From positions 17,101 through 81,100 of the forward strand of contig CAKSDP010000002.1 in NCBI GenBank assembly GCA_934446065.1: DNA of 64,000 nucleotides, in the 5' to 3' direction. The stretch is from an uncultured Eubacteriales bacterium. GTDB lineage: Bacteria; Bacillota; Clostridia; Oscillospirales; CAG-272. The notes beneath the pieces were generated by a model, which saw only the letters and a list, made by a program, of their open reading frames with translations, did not search any database and was not told the DNA's origin. Below are positions 46,716-55,574 of this stretch, in pieces. A program made the position numbers and the translations under genes. Positions within the stretch are counted from its first letter, which is position 1, and each line of letters starts with the position of its first letter.

Positions 46716-48311
46716 ATGGATAAAGCTGAAAAAAAGAGCGGCGGCGTATTCAGCGTTCTTCAGCGAGTCGGGCGTTCCTTTATGCTGCCGATCGCGATAC
46801 TCCCGGTTGCGGGACTTCTGCTCGGCATCGGATCATCGTTCACGAATGCGGCGATGATCGAGGCATACGGCCTTGCAAAAATTCTCGGCGAGGGGACGCC
46901 GCTTTACTTCATTCTTACCATAATGAGCGAGACTGGTAACGTAATATTTACAAATCTGCCGCTTATATTTGCGCTCGGAGTCGCGCTCGGAATGGCGGAA
47001 AACGAAAAAGCGACAGCCGTTCTTTCTGCTGCAATTGCGTTTTTTGTGATGCACACAACGATCTCGGCGCTCCTGAAGCTTACGGGAACTGACAACACGC
47101 TCGAGGGGGCGACCGCAGACGTGGTCGGGATCACATCGCTCGAGATGGGCGTTTTCGGCGGAATTATTGTCGGGCTCGGTACGGCGGCACTGCACAACCG
47201 ATTCTATAAGATACGGCTGCCGTCCGTGATCTCGTTTTTCGGCGGTGTACGGTTTGTGCCGATAATCTCTGCACTTATGTATATTCTTGTGGGTGCGGTC
47301 ATGTTTTTCCTTTGGCCGATAATTCAGCGCGGCATATATGCGCTCGGCGGTCTTGTGCTCAACTCCGGTTATGCCGGAACACTTGTGTACGGAATAATCG
47401 AGCGTGCGCTGATCCCGTTCGGACTGCATCACGTGTTCTATATGCCGTTCTGGCAGACGGGACTCGGCGGAACGGCGGTTATAGACGGTGTTGCCGTTGC
47501 CGGTGCGCAGAATATTTTCTTTGCCGAGCTTGCTTCACCGAATACCGTGAAGTTCAGTGCAGACGCGACACGATTTATGGCTGGCAAGTTCCCGTTTATG
47601 ATATTCGGACTTCCCGGCGCGGCGCTTGCAATGTACAAGTGCGCAAGACCGGAGAGACGCACTGCGGCGGGCGGACTTCTGCTCTCGGCTGCGCTCACAG
47701 CCGCCATGACCGGCATTACGGAGCCACTTGAGTTCACATTTCTCTTTGTGGCGCCGCTGCTTTACGGGATCCACTGTGTGCTCGCGGGATTGTCGTTTAT
47801 GCTTATGCACATTCTCGGAGTCGGGGTCGGAATGACATTCTCCGGCGGACTTATAGATCTGACGCTTTTCGGAATCCTGCAAGGCGTCAAAAAGACGAAC
47901 TGGATATGGATACCGGTGGTCGGCGTGTTCTATTTTGCGATATATTTCGGTCTGTTCTATCTGCTCATCCGTGTGAAAAACTATACGACTCCGGGACGCG
48001 AGAGCGCAGGCGAGACGAAGCTCTATACACGCGCGGATTATAATAAAAAGAAGAACGGCGGCACGGCTGCTGGAGGGACTCCAGCGAAGATAACCGAGGG
48101 CCTCGGCGGTCGCGACAATATTATAAGCCTTGATTCATGTGCAACGAGACTGAGGGTCAGTGTACGTGATGCCGGACTTGTTGACGAGAACGTGCTCAAG
48201 GCGACGGGAGCCGCGGGTGTCATAGTAAAGGGCGGCGGTGTTCAAGTGGTATACGGACCGACCGTTACCGTCATAAAGAGCGAGCTTGACGAATACCTCG
48301 GAGCGGAATAA
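46716..48311 (+). CDS. PTS glucose/N-acetylglucosamine-family EIICB permease
   Basis: 531 aa. Polytopic EIIC (GLHHVFYMPFW, GITEPLEFTF) and a C-terminal EIIB with the phospho-Cys motif LDSCATRLRV. Sugar specificity cannot be read from the sequence. Confidence 0.9.
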   Translation: MDKAEKKSGGVFSVLQRVGRSFMLPIAILPVAGLLLGIGSSFTNAAMIEAYGLAKILGEGTPLYFILTIMSETGNVIFTNLPLIFALGVALGMAENEKATAVLSAAIAFFVMHTTISALLKLTGTDNTLEGATADVVGITSLEMGVFGGIIVGLGTAALHNRFYKIRLPSVISFFGGVRFVPIISALMYILVGAVMFFLWPIIQRGIYALGGLVLNSGYAGTLVYGIIERALIPFGLHHVFYMPFWQTGLGGTAVIDGVAVAGAQNIFFAELASPNTVKFSADATRFMAGKFPFMIFGLPGAALAMYKCARPERRTAAGGLLLSAALTAAMTGITEPLEFTFLFVAPLLYGIHCVLAGLSFMLMHILGVGVGMTFSGGLIDLTLFGILQGVKKTNWIWIPVVGVFYFAIYFGLFYLLIRVKNYTTPGRESAGETKLYTRADYNKKKNGGTAAGGTPAKITEGLGGRDNIISLDSCATRLRVSVRDAGLVDENVLKATGAAGVIVKGGGVQVVYGPTVTVIKSELDEYLGAE

Positions 48312-48324
48312 ATATAAATATGAA

Positions 48325-48358
48325 ATTGCGGTTCACTTCGGCAGAAGTGAACCGCAAT
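48325..48358. terminator. Bidirectional terminator between the PTS operon and trxB
   Basis: Perfect 15-bp stem ATTGCGGTTCACTTC (48325-48339), loop GGCA, then GAAGTGAACCGCAAT (48344-48358). Confidence 0.8.
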
Positions 48359-48361
48359 GTT

Positions 48362-49279
48362 TCAGCTTGTGATAAATTCTCTTGCTGCGACAGCCGCCGC
48401 AGCTCCGTCGGACAGTGCCGTGACGATCTGCCGCAGTGATTTTGTGCGTATATCTCCTGCGGCGAACACGCCGGATACTGCGGTCCTTGTGTCCTCTCCG
48501 GCGATTATATATCCCGAAGGATCAAGCGGAACCTGTCCGCGCCAGATCTCGCTTGCGGGGATACGCCCGATCGCCGCAAACACGGCTTCGCACTCAAGAA
48601 GCTGTGTTTCGTTTGTAACATTATTTTTTATGCGCAGCGCCTTGACTCGCGAATCTGCGAGTATCTCTGCCGCTTCGCTGCTGTACATGAGTCTTACATT
48701 TCGTGCGATGAGCTTTTCTTCGTATTCCGGAACGCGCAGGCGCTCGCCCCGGTGGATGAGGTACACCTCATCGGCGATGGCGCTGAGGTGGAGAGCATCC
48801 GATACGGCACTGCGTCCGCCGCCGATCACCGCACAGCGCTTCCCTTTCGCTATCCGTCCGTCGCATTCCGCGCAGTATGACAGACCGTGTCCCCGCGCCT
48901 CTTTCTCTCCCGGAATATCGAGTGCACGGGGATGTGCCCCTGTCGCGATGATGATGCTTCGCGACAGATGGCGCTCGCCGTCGGCTGTGACAGCCTTGAT
49001 CTTGCCGCAGACATCCGCGTGAATCACATCGGAGTACGTTATGGCAACGCCGGCGGCAGATACGCACTCTGTCATACGCTCTGCTATATCCGCTCCGGCA
49101 ATGCCGCGTGCGAATCCCGGAAGATTGTCAATTGATGAGGCTTCCGCCATCTGACCGCCGCAGCCGAGCCTTTCAAATAGGCGCACGCTCATACCCGAAT
49201 CTGCCGCGTATATTGCGGCGCACATTCCGGCAGGTCCTGCACCGACGACCGTTACGTCGTATATATTTCTGCTTGTCAT
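48362..49279 (-). CDS. trxB: Thioredoxin-disulfide reductase
   Basis: 305 aa. FAD motif VVGAGPAGMCAAIYAA, redox-active CAECDG, second dinucleotide motif VIGGGRSA, then HRGERLR. Confidence 0.9.
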   Translation of the reverse strand: MTSRNIYDVTVVGAGPAGMCAAIYAADSGMSVRLFERLGCGGQMAEASSIDNLPGFARGIAGADIAERMTECVSAAGVAITYSDVIHADVCGKIKAVTADGERHLSRSIIIATGAHPRALDIPGEKEARGHGLSYCAECDGRIAKGKRCAVIGGGRSAVSDALHLSAIADEVYLIHRGERLRVPEYEEKLIARNVRLMYSSEAAEILADSRVKALRIKNNVTNETQLLECEAVFAAIGRIPASEIWRGQVPLDPSGYIIAGEDTRTAVSGVFAAGDIRTKSLRQIVTALSDGAAAAVAAREFITS

Positions 49280-49593
49280 ACGATCCCGCCCGCACGCAAA
49301 AATGCGCGTATCTGCGCTCCCGATTCCGGTCCGATGAGACTTCCCGTCGCTTCCCCGTTCATGAACAGCATAAACGCCGGTATGGATTCGACTTCGTATT
49401 TTGCGGCAGTGTGCGGATCGCGGTCGATATCGACACGCACTACCCGGACGCGCCCGTCAAACTCATGCTCTATGCGATCAAGCGCAGGCTCGATCCTGCG
49501 GCAATACCCGCACCATTCGGCTGAAAATTCGGCGAGCACCGGAAGCTCTGTTCCGCTTATCGCGTCCTGAATACTGTCTTTTTCGGTATTCAT
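49276..49593 (-). CDS. trxA: Thioredoxin
   Basis: The track ORF runs to 49656. The ATG at 49593 has an AAGAGG RBS and gives 105 aa. WCGYC active site. ATGA overlap with trxB. Confidence 0.9.
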   Translation of the reverse strand: MNTEKDSIQDAISGTELPVLAEFSAEWCGYCRRIEPALDRIEHEFDGRVRVVRVDIDRDPHTAAKYEVESIPAFMLFMNGEATGSLIGPESGAQIRAFLRAGGIV

Positions 49594-49709
49594 ATTCTGT
49601 GACACCTCTTTCTCTTTTGTGTGTACTTTTATTTTGCGTAGGTACGCTTGCTTCATACGGTATTTGTATCAAATTTCTCCCGCGCTTCATATCATAACAG
49701 TGAATAACC

Positions 49710-50642
49710 TTGGCGCCGGTGCGTCAGGAATCGAGGCAAATTTTGAAAAAACTGAAATTCTGTATTGTCGGCGGAGATATGCGTCAGCTTTATCTTGCCG
49801 AATATCTTATGAAGTGCGGGTACACTGTGAATATCTGCGGCGTTGACAGAAGCCGTGTGCCGGGGGAATCGCTGAGGCGGGTGCGCGGAGCGATACATCC
49901 GTGCGAGATGGCGGTGCCGGGGAGTGGCGTGGTCGTGCTTCCGATACCCGTCTCGCGCGACGGGTTTCACATTTCGACACCGCTTGCGGGCAGTCGGATA
50001 AGCTACGAGATTGGCGATATTCTCGACATTTCCGACTCCGATGCGGTTCTCGCCGGAGGGTATGTTTCCGATTACATACGTGCGCACATTGAGGAGCGGC
50101 ACATGAAGCTTATCGACTACAACGCGTCTGAAATATTTCAGATCCGCAACAGCGTGCCGACAGCGGAGGGCGCGCTCGAGATCGCGATGCGTGAGCTGCC
50201 CGTTACCGTTCGCGGCGCGACTGCGGCGGTGCTCGGCTATGGCAGATGCGGCAAAGCCTTGGCGTCACTTCTGCGCTCGGTCGGAGCCGATGTGATCGTG
50301 AGCGCACGGAGTGAACGCGCACTTGCTTGGGCGGAGATCGAGGGCTGCCGCACGTCGCTTCTGTCGTCGTTTGCCGATATTGCAGGTGAATGTGATGTGA
50401 TATTCAATACGATCCCGTATCCCGTTGTTACGGAGGAAATACTGCTCGCGATGCAGCCGGATTCGCTTTTCATTGACATCGCGTCGCTGCCCGGCGGAAT
50501 CGTATCGGGTGCAAAGATCCCCGACGGGATCACGACCATATACGCCGGGGGACTGCCGGGCAAGACTTCCCCGAAGACTGCCGGTGAGACGGTGGGAATG
50601 TCCGTTCTCAAGACCCTTGCCGAAATGGGGGTCGAGATATGA
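49710..50642 (+). CDS. dpaA: Dipicolinate synthase subunit A
   Basis: 310 aa with a TTG start. An alternative in-frame TTG at 49743 gives MKKLKFCIVGGD. KFCIVGGDMRQLYLAEYL and a later VLGYGRCG Rossmann motif are typical of SpoVFA. Confidence 0.85.
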   Translation: MAPVRQESRQILKKLKFCIVGGDMRQLYLAEYLMKCGYTVNICGVDRSRVPGESLRRVRGAIHPCEMAVPGSGVVVLPIPVSRDGFHISTPLAGSRISYEIGDILDISDSDAVLAGGYVSDYIRAHIEERHMKLIDYNASEIFQIRNSVPTAEGALEIAMRELPVTVRGATAAVLGYGRCGKALASLLRSVGADVIVSARSERALAWAEIEGCRTSLLSSFADIAGECDVIFNTIPYPVVTEEILLAMQPDSLFIDIASLPGGIVSGAKIPDGITTIYAGGLPGKTSPKTAGETVGMSVLKTLAEMGVEI

Positions 50643-51199
50643 TAGGCTATGCCTTTTGCGGATCGTTCTGCACTCATCGGGCGTCGCTTGCCGCGCTTGA
50701 ACGGCTTGTGGGCGACGGTCGCGATATACTTCCCATAATGAGTGAGAACGTATATTCAAGCGATACGCGGTTCGGTACGGCGGCATCACTCATAGCAAAG
50801 GTTGAAGAGCTGTGCGGGCGCGGCATTATTCATACGATAGTTGACGCAGAGCCGATCGGACCGAAGCTCGGGCTTGAAGCTCTTATCATCTCGCCGTGCA
50901 CGGGCAACACGCTTTCAAAGATGGCGCGCGGCATCACCGACAACACGGTAACGATGGCGGCAAAGGCGCATCTGAGGTGCGACAGACCGCTGCTCATTGC
51001 GCTTGCGACAAATGACGCCATGAGCGCAAATCTTTCTTCGATCGGGACGATGCTTCAGCGTAAAAATGTATATTTTGTACCTATGCGGCAGGACGATCCC
51101 GTGAAGAAACCGCACTCGCTTGTAGCCGATATTTCACGCGTTCCCGAGGCACTCGACGCAATGATTGAGGGAAGGCAACTGCGTCCGCTTTTCATCTGA
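50639..51199 (+). CDS. dpaB: Dipicolinate synthase subunit B (flavoprotein)
   Basis: 186 aa. MIGYAFCGSFCT and ISPCTGNTLSKMARGITDN motifs are typical of SpoVFB. ATGA overlap with dpaA. Confidence 0.9.
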   Translation: MIGYAFCGSFCTHRASLAALERLVGDGRDILPIMSENVYSSDTRFGTAASLIAKVEELCGRGIIHTIVDAEPIGPKLGLEALIISPCTGNTLSKMARGITDNTVTMAAKAHLRCDRPLLIALATNDAMSANLSSIGTMLQRKNVYFVPMRQDDPVKKPHSLVADISRVPEALDAMIEGRQLRPLFI

Positions 51200-51228
51200 C
51201 TTATTTCGTAAATATTGCCTAAACGCCG

Positions 51229-51257
51229 TTGACATATATCAGGTAAGGTTGTATAAT
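51229..51257 (+). promoter_or_regulatory. Consensus sigma-A promoter upstream of the aminotransferase gene
   Basis: TTGACA (51229-51234), 17-nt spacer, TATAAT (51252-51257). Both hexamers match consensus perfectly. Confidence 0.7.
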
Positions 51258-51318
51258 AGATGTTGTGGACCGCATATTGTCCATATTATGTACGTACAAC
51301 AAGTGAAAGGAATGAAAA

Positions 51319-52689
51319 ATGATGAAAAACTGGGCAAGCGTAGATCCCGCTTCCATCCCCAATCTTGTATCTGCTCAGATACCCGGACCCAAGTCGCAGG
51401 AGTATCACGAAAGATGCGCAAAATATATGAAGGGTTATTCCAGCCAGGTAAGACTGTTCCCCGTTGCCTTTGAATCCGGCTTCGGCTACACTCTCACCGA
51501 CGTTGACGGCAATACCTACATTGACTTCTCCTCCGGTATATACGTAACCGGTCTCGGTCACTGCCATCCGAAGATCAGCGAGGCAGTTGCAGAGCAGGCG
51601 AAGAAGCTCATGAACTGCCACGACTTTACCACTAAGGTAAAGATGGAGCTTGTTGAAAAGCTTCACGAGATTACCGGCGGACGCTTTGCGGGATTCCAGT
51701 TCTACGATTCCGGTACGACTGCGGTTGAGGCAGGTTTGAGATGCGCAAGAGCTGCATCCGGCAAGCAGGAATTCATCTCCTTCTGGAGAGACTTCCACGG
51801 CAAGTCCCTCGGCTCCAACTCTCTTGCAGTCGTCGGCGCAGATACCCACATGAGAGCACCCGGCTTTATGCTTGCTCCCAGACCCAATCCGTACCGTGAC
51901 GTTTTCGGCAGAACTCCCGAGGAAGCATGGAAGGATTCATCTCCCTACATAAATATGCTCAAGGGCATTCTTGACAACGAGTGCGCAAGCGGCGGCAAGA
52001 ACGTTGCTGCTATCGTATTTGAGCCTGTTCAGGGCTGGGGCGGCTCCGTCGTTCCTCCTCCGGACTATATTCCCGCACTCCGCAAGCTCTGCGACGAAAG
52101 AGGAATCCTCCTGTTCGCAGACGAGGTTCTCAACTGTATGGCGAGAACCGGCAAATGGCTTGCTATGGATCACTGGGATGTTACGGCTGACCTTACCACT
52201 CTCGGCAAGGGCTTCGGCAACGGCTTCCCCGTTACCTGCCTTGCAGTTTCCGAGGAACTCGCTCCCTCGATCGAGAAGATCTCCGCATCCTCGAGCTACG
52301 GCGGAAACCCCATGGCTTGCGCAGCAGCTCTTGAGTCCATCAAGGTCATCGAGGAGGAAAACCTCAACGAGAGAAGTGAGCATCTCGGTAACATCATGCT
52401 TGCAAAGATGAAGGAAATGATGGCAGAGCATCCCATCATCGGTGATGTACGCGCTCTCGGCTGCCTCCAGGCAATTGAGATCGTTAAGGACAGAGACACC
52501 AAGGAACCTTTCGTCGAGGCAGGTCAGATGATCTACAAGAAGGCGTTTGAAAAGGGTCTTGCTTGGGTTCCCTCCGGTCACATCCTCAGAATGTCTCCTC
52601 CCATGATCCTCGACGACGAGGTTGCACTCAAGGGTCTTGACATAATCGAAGAGGCTGTTGCCGAGACCGAGAAGCATTTCGGCTATTAA
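51319..52689 (+). CDS. Class-III (acetylornithine/GABA-type) PLP-dependent aminotransferase
   Basis: 456 aa. DFSSGIYVTGLGHCHP, LLFADEVLNCMARTGKW and TLGKGFGNGFP (PLP lysine) motifs. The substrate is not inferable. Confidence 0.85.
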   Translation: MMKNWASVDPASIPNLVSAQIPGPKSQEYHERCAKYMKGYSSQVRLFPVAFESGFGYTLTDVDGNTYIDFSSGIYVTGLGHCHPKISEAVAEQAKKLMNCHDFTTKVKMELVEKLHEITGGRFAGFQFYDSGTTAVEAGLRCARAASGKQEFISFWRDFHGKSLGSNSLAVVGADTHMRAPGFMLAPRPNPYRDVFGRTPEEAWKDSSPYINMLKGILDNECASGGKNVAAIVFEPVQGWGGSVVPPPDYIPALRKLCDERGILLFADEVLNCMARTGKWLAMDHWDVTADLTTLGKGFGNGFPVTCLAVSEELAPSIEKISASSSYGGNPMACAAALESIKVIEEENLNERSEHLGNIMLAKMKEMMAEHPIIGDVRALGCLQAIEIVKDRDTKEPFVEAGQMIYKKAFEKGLAWVPSGHILRMSPPMILDDEVALKGLDIIEEAVAETEKHFGY

Positions 52690-52704
52690 TAATTGAGTTT
52701 ATAA

Positions 52705-52740
52705 GAAAAAACGGGTTGCCGTACGGCAACCCGTTCTTTT
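52705..52740. terminator. Bidirectional terminator between convergent aminotransferase and LysM-GH18 genes
   Basis: AAAAAACGGGTTGCCGTACGGCAACCCGTTCTTTT: an 11-bp perfect stem flanked by an A-run and a T-run. Confidence 0.85.
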
Positions 52741-54034
52741 ATGCTTTTCTTATGCTGTAAAGCGAATTCATTACCGCCCACAGTGCCGGGAAATAGTTCA
52801 TTATATTCCACACGCTGCCGCCGGCGAGCGCGTATTCGTTCATCAGACGCAGCTTTGCGTCCATACTGCGCGCATCGTCAAACCACACCTCGTGCTCGAC
52901 CGCACGGCTTCCCTCTCGCTCAAAGTATGTGAAAAACGGAGTCGCCGCCTGCTCGTCGTGCTGTATTTCGGCGTTCTTTGCGATCGCGAGATTCACTGCG
53001 GCGACGTTTGAGAGCGATTTTGCACGGCTTTCTCCGCGCACGTACGGCAGAGTCCAGTTATAGCCGTAATTCGGTATTCCCATAAGAACCTTTGCCTGTG
53101 GGATCCGGCTTACCGCGTATTCGAGCACTCGTCTGACCTCGCCTATCGGTGCCACCGCCATCGGCGGGCCGTAAGTATAGCCCCACTCGTATGTCATTAC
53201 AAGCGATTTGTCGGCGACGGCGCCGAGCGCGGCATAATCGTGCCCCTCGTAAAGGAGTCCCGGCTGTGTGTCCGAGGTTTTCGGCGCGAGCGAGACGAAC
53301 AGCTCGTATCCGGACGGAAGTGCCGCGCGTATTATTTCGAGGAAACGCACATAGTCATCGGCAAGGTTTGGCTCAATATACTCGAAATCCACGTCGATAC
53401 CGCCGTATCCGCGGTTCTGCATCGTTTGCACAGCGGCATTGGCGATCGCGCGTGAAAGTGATTCGTCGGATATTATTTTCCCCGCAAGCTCCGATGAGAA
53501 CGTACCTTTGTCGGTGAGCGACGTAAGCATCATCAGAGGAACCGTGCCGTATTCACGCGCGAGAGTGATAAGCTCGCTCTCGTTTCCGCCGGACGGCGGC
53601 ACAAGCGTTCCGTCCGGACGTATCCCGTATGTAAACACAGAAAGATACGTCAGGTACGGCAGCGTTCTACGCAATGTATCAGGATCAATGAAGGGATACG
53701 CGTAGCCGTTAACCGCAATCTCTCCGAGCGGCGGTGTATCAAAGCGGATGTTCAGCGTTTGACCGGGGTAGATCAGCGTTTTTCCGCCGAGCGCGGGATT
53801 GTTCTGCCACAGCTCGTTCAGCGTAACTCCGAAGCTTCGTGCAATGCCCTCAAGCGTATCGCCTCCGCGCACGGTGTATGTTTCGGTCGGATAGAGAATC
53901 ACAAGCGTCTGCCCTACCGCAAGCTTGCCGGGATCGGTGATCCCGTTGTCGGCTATGATACGCGCTGGCGTTGTGCTGTATTCCTTTGCGATCGAATAGA
54001 TGGAGTCGCCCGCTCTCACAGTATGTATTACCAA
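52739..54034 (-). CDS. Two-LysM plus GH18 glycoside hydrolase (spore cortex/germination YaaH/SleL-like)
   Basis: 431 aa. Two N-terminal LysM repeats (HTVRAGDSIYSIAKEY and YTVRGGDTLEGIARSF) and the GH18 catalytic motif GGIDVDFEY. Confidence 0.85.
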   Translation of the reverse strand: MVIHTVRAGDSIYSIAKEYSTTPARIIADNGITDPGKLAVGQTLVILYPTETYTVRGGDTLEGIARSFGVTLNELWQNNPALGGKTLIYPGQTLNIRFDTPPLGEIAVNGYAYPFIDPDTLRRTLPYLTYLSVFTYGIRPDGTLVPPSGGNESELITLAREYGTVPLMMLTSLTDKGTFSSELAGKIISDESLSRAIANAAVQTMQNRGYGGIDVDFEYIEPNLADDYVRFLEIIRAALPSGYELFVSLAPKTSDTQPGLLYEGHDYAALGAVADKSLVMTYEWGYTYGPPMAVAPIGEVRRVLEYAVSRIPQAKVLMGIPNYGYNWTLPYVRGESRAKSLSNVAAVNLAIAKNAEIQHDEQAATPFFTYFEREGSRAVEHEVWFDDARSMDAKLRLMNEYALAGGSVWNIMNYFPALWAVMNSLYSIRKA

Positions 54035-54187
54035 AATCAGATCATTCCTCTCGTTTTGTTTTTGCCTCTCTTGAAGCCGTCAGATACATTATATGCAGAA
54101 AAACGGCTGATGTTCACAGAGAAACGGTGAATTATTCTTGCGCATGGTGGGAATAATCGGAATGAAACCCAAACGGAGGTATGAATT

Positions 54188-55486
54188 ATGAAACTCAGAA
54201 ACAAAATCGAGAAAATTACGGCGCGTGAGATCATAGATTCACGCGGAAACCCGACGGTCGAAGCCGTAGTCTGCACAACACACGGATTTGCCGGACGTGC
54301 AGCGGTTCCGTCGGGCGCGTCGACCGGAGCACATGAGGCGCACGAGCTTCGCGACGGGGATGAATCGAGATTCGGCGGGCGCGGCGTTACAGAGGCTGTG
54401 GAAAACATAAACGGAGTGATCTGCCGCGAGCTTTCCGGAATGCCGCTGTCTCAGTCGGCGATAGATGAGGCGATGATATCGCTCGACGGTACGGAGAATA
54501 AGGAGGATCTCGGCGCGAACGCCATCCTTGCAGTTTCGCTTGCTGCGGCAAGAGCGGGCGCGGCGTCGCAGCGAATCCCGCTTTACCGCTATCTCGGCGG
54601 CGTCAATGCAGTACGCCTTCCCGTGCCGATGATGAACGTGATAAACGGAGGGGCGCACGCATCGAATGATCTTGACGTACAGGAATTCATGATCATGCCG
54701 ATGGGATTTGAACGGTACGGCGACGCGCTCCGTGCGGGCTGCGAAATATATGCGACGTTGGCAAAGATACTGAAGGCAGATGGAAAAAGCACCGGTGTGG
54801 GTGATGAGGGCGGTTTTGCGCCGGATCTCGGCTCGGAGAGCGAGGCTCTCGACTATCTGTGCCGCGCCATAAGTGAAGCCGGATATAGCACCGACGAGGT
54901 AAAGCTTGCGCTTGACGCTGCTGCAAGCGAATGGCAGGCGGGCGGCGGATACAAGCTCCCGAAATCAGGCGACAGATTTACCTCGGCTGAGCTTTGTGCG
55001 AAATTTGCCGAGCTTTCTGAGAAGTATCCGATTGTGTCAATCGAGGATCCGCTGGGTGAGGACGATTTTGACGGCTGGCACACGATGACGGAGAAGCTCG
55101 GATCAAAGACGATGCTTGTCGGAGACGATCTGTTCGTGACGAACACCAAGCGGCTTTGTCGCGGAATCTCGCTCGGCGCTGCGAACGCTATTCTCATCAA
55201 GCCGAATCAGATCGGTACGCTGACGGAGACGCTCAATGTGTGCCGCATGGCGAGAGACAACGGATACAGATTTATAATATCACACAGAAGCGGTGAGACG
55301 CCCGACAGCTTTATATCGGACATCGCCGTGGCGCTCGGCGGCGGGTTTATCAAGGCGGGTGCGCCGTGCCGCGGTGAGCGTGTTGCAAAATATAACCGCC
55401 TGCTTGAGATCGAAGCGGAGCTTGGGCGCGGCGCTGAATACGGTGTGCGTGATCTCTCCTGCGTGAGCGAGCATTCGTACAGCTGA
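54188..55486 (+). CDS. eno: Enolase (phosphopyruvate hydratase)
   Basis: 432 aa. [13 protein letters not shown] and [14 protein letters not shown] motifs, and the SHRSGETPD signature. Confidence 0.97.
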   Translation: MKLRNKIEKITAREIIDSRGNPTVEAVVCTTHGFAGRAAVPSGASTGAHEAHELRDGDESRFGGRGVTEAVENINGVICRELSGMPLSQSAIDEAMISLDGTENKEDLGANAILAVSLAAARAGAASQRIPLYRYLGGVNAVRLPVPMMNVINGGAHASNDLDVQEFMIMPMGFERYGDALRAGCEIYATLAKILKADGKSTGVGDEGGFAPDLGSESEALDYLCRAISEAGYSTDEVKLALDAAASEWQAGGGYKLPKSGDRFTSAELCAKFAELSEKYPIVSIEDPLGEDDFDGWHTMTEKLGSKTMLVGDDLFVTNTKRLCRGISLGAANAILIKPNQIGTLTETLNVCRMARDNGYRFIISHRSGETPDSFISDIAVALGGGFIKAGAPCRGERVAKYNRLLEIEAELGRGAEYGVRDLSCVSEHSYS

Positions 55487-55506
55487 GCACACTGATTTCG
55501 GCGGTA

Positions 55507-55535
55507 TTGATTTTGTCGCCTTTTTGTGGTATTAT
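55507..55535 (+). promoter_or_regulatory. Candidate promoter of the 589-aa membrane protein gene
   Basis: TTGATT (55507-55512), 17-nt spacer ending in TGG, then TATTAT (55530-55535). Confidence 0.5.
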
Positions 55536-55574
55536 TTGATTATAATATCTTGATCGGAGGCTCTGCTTTCTACC

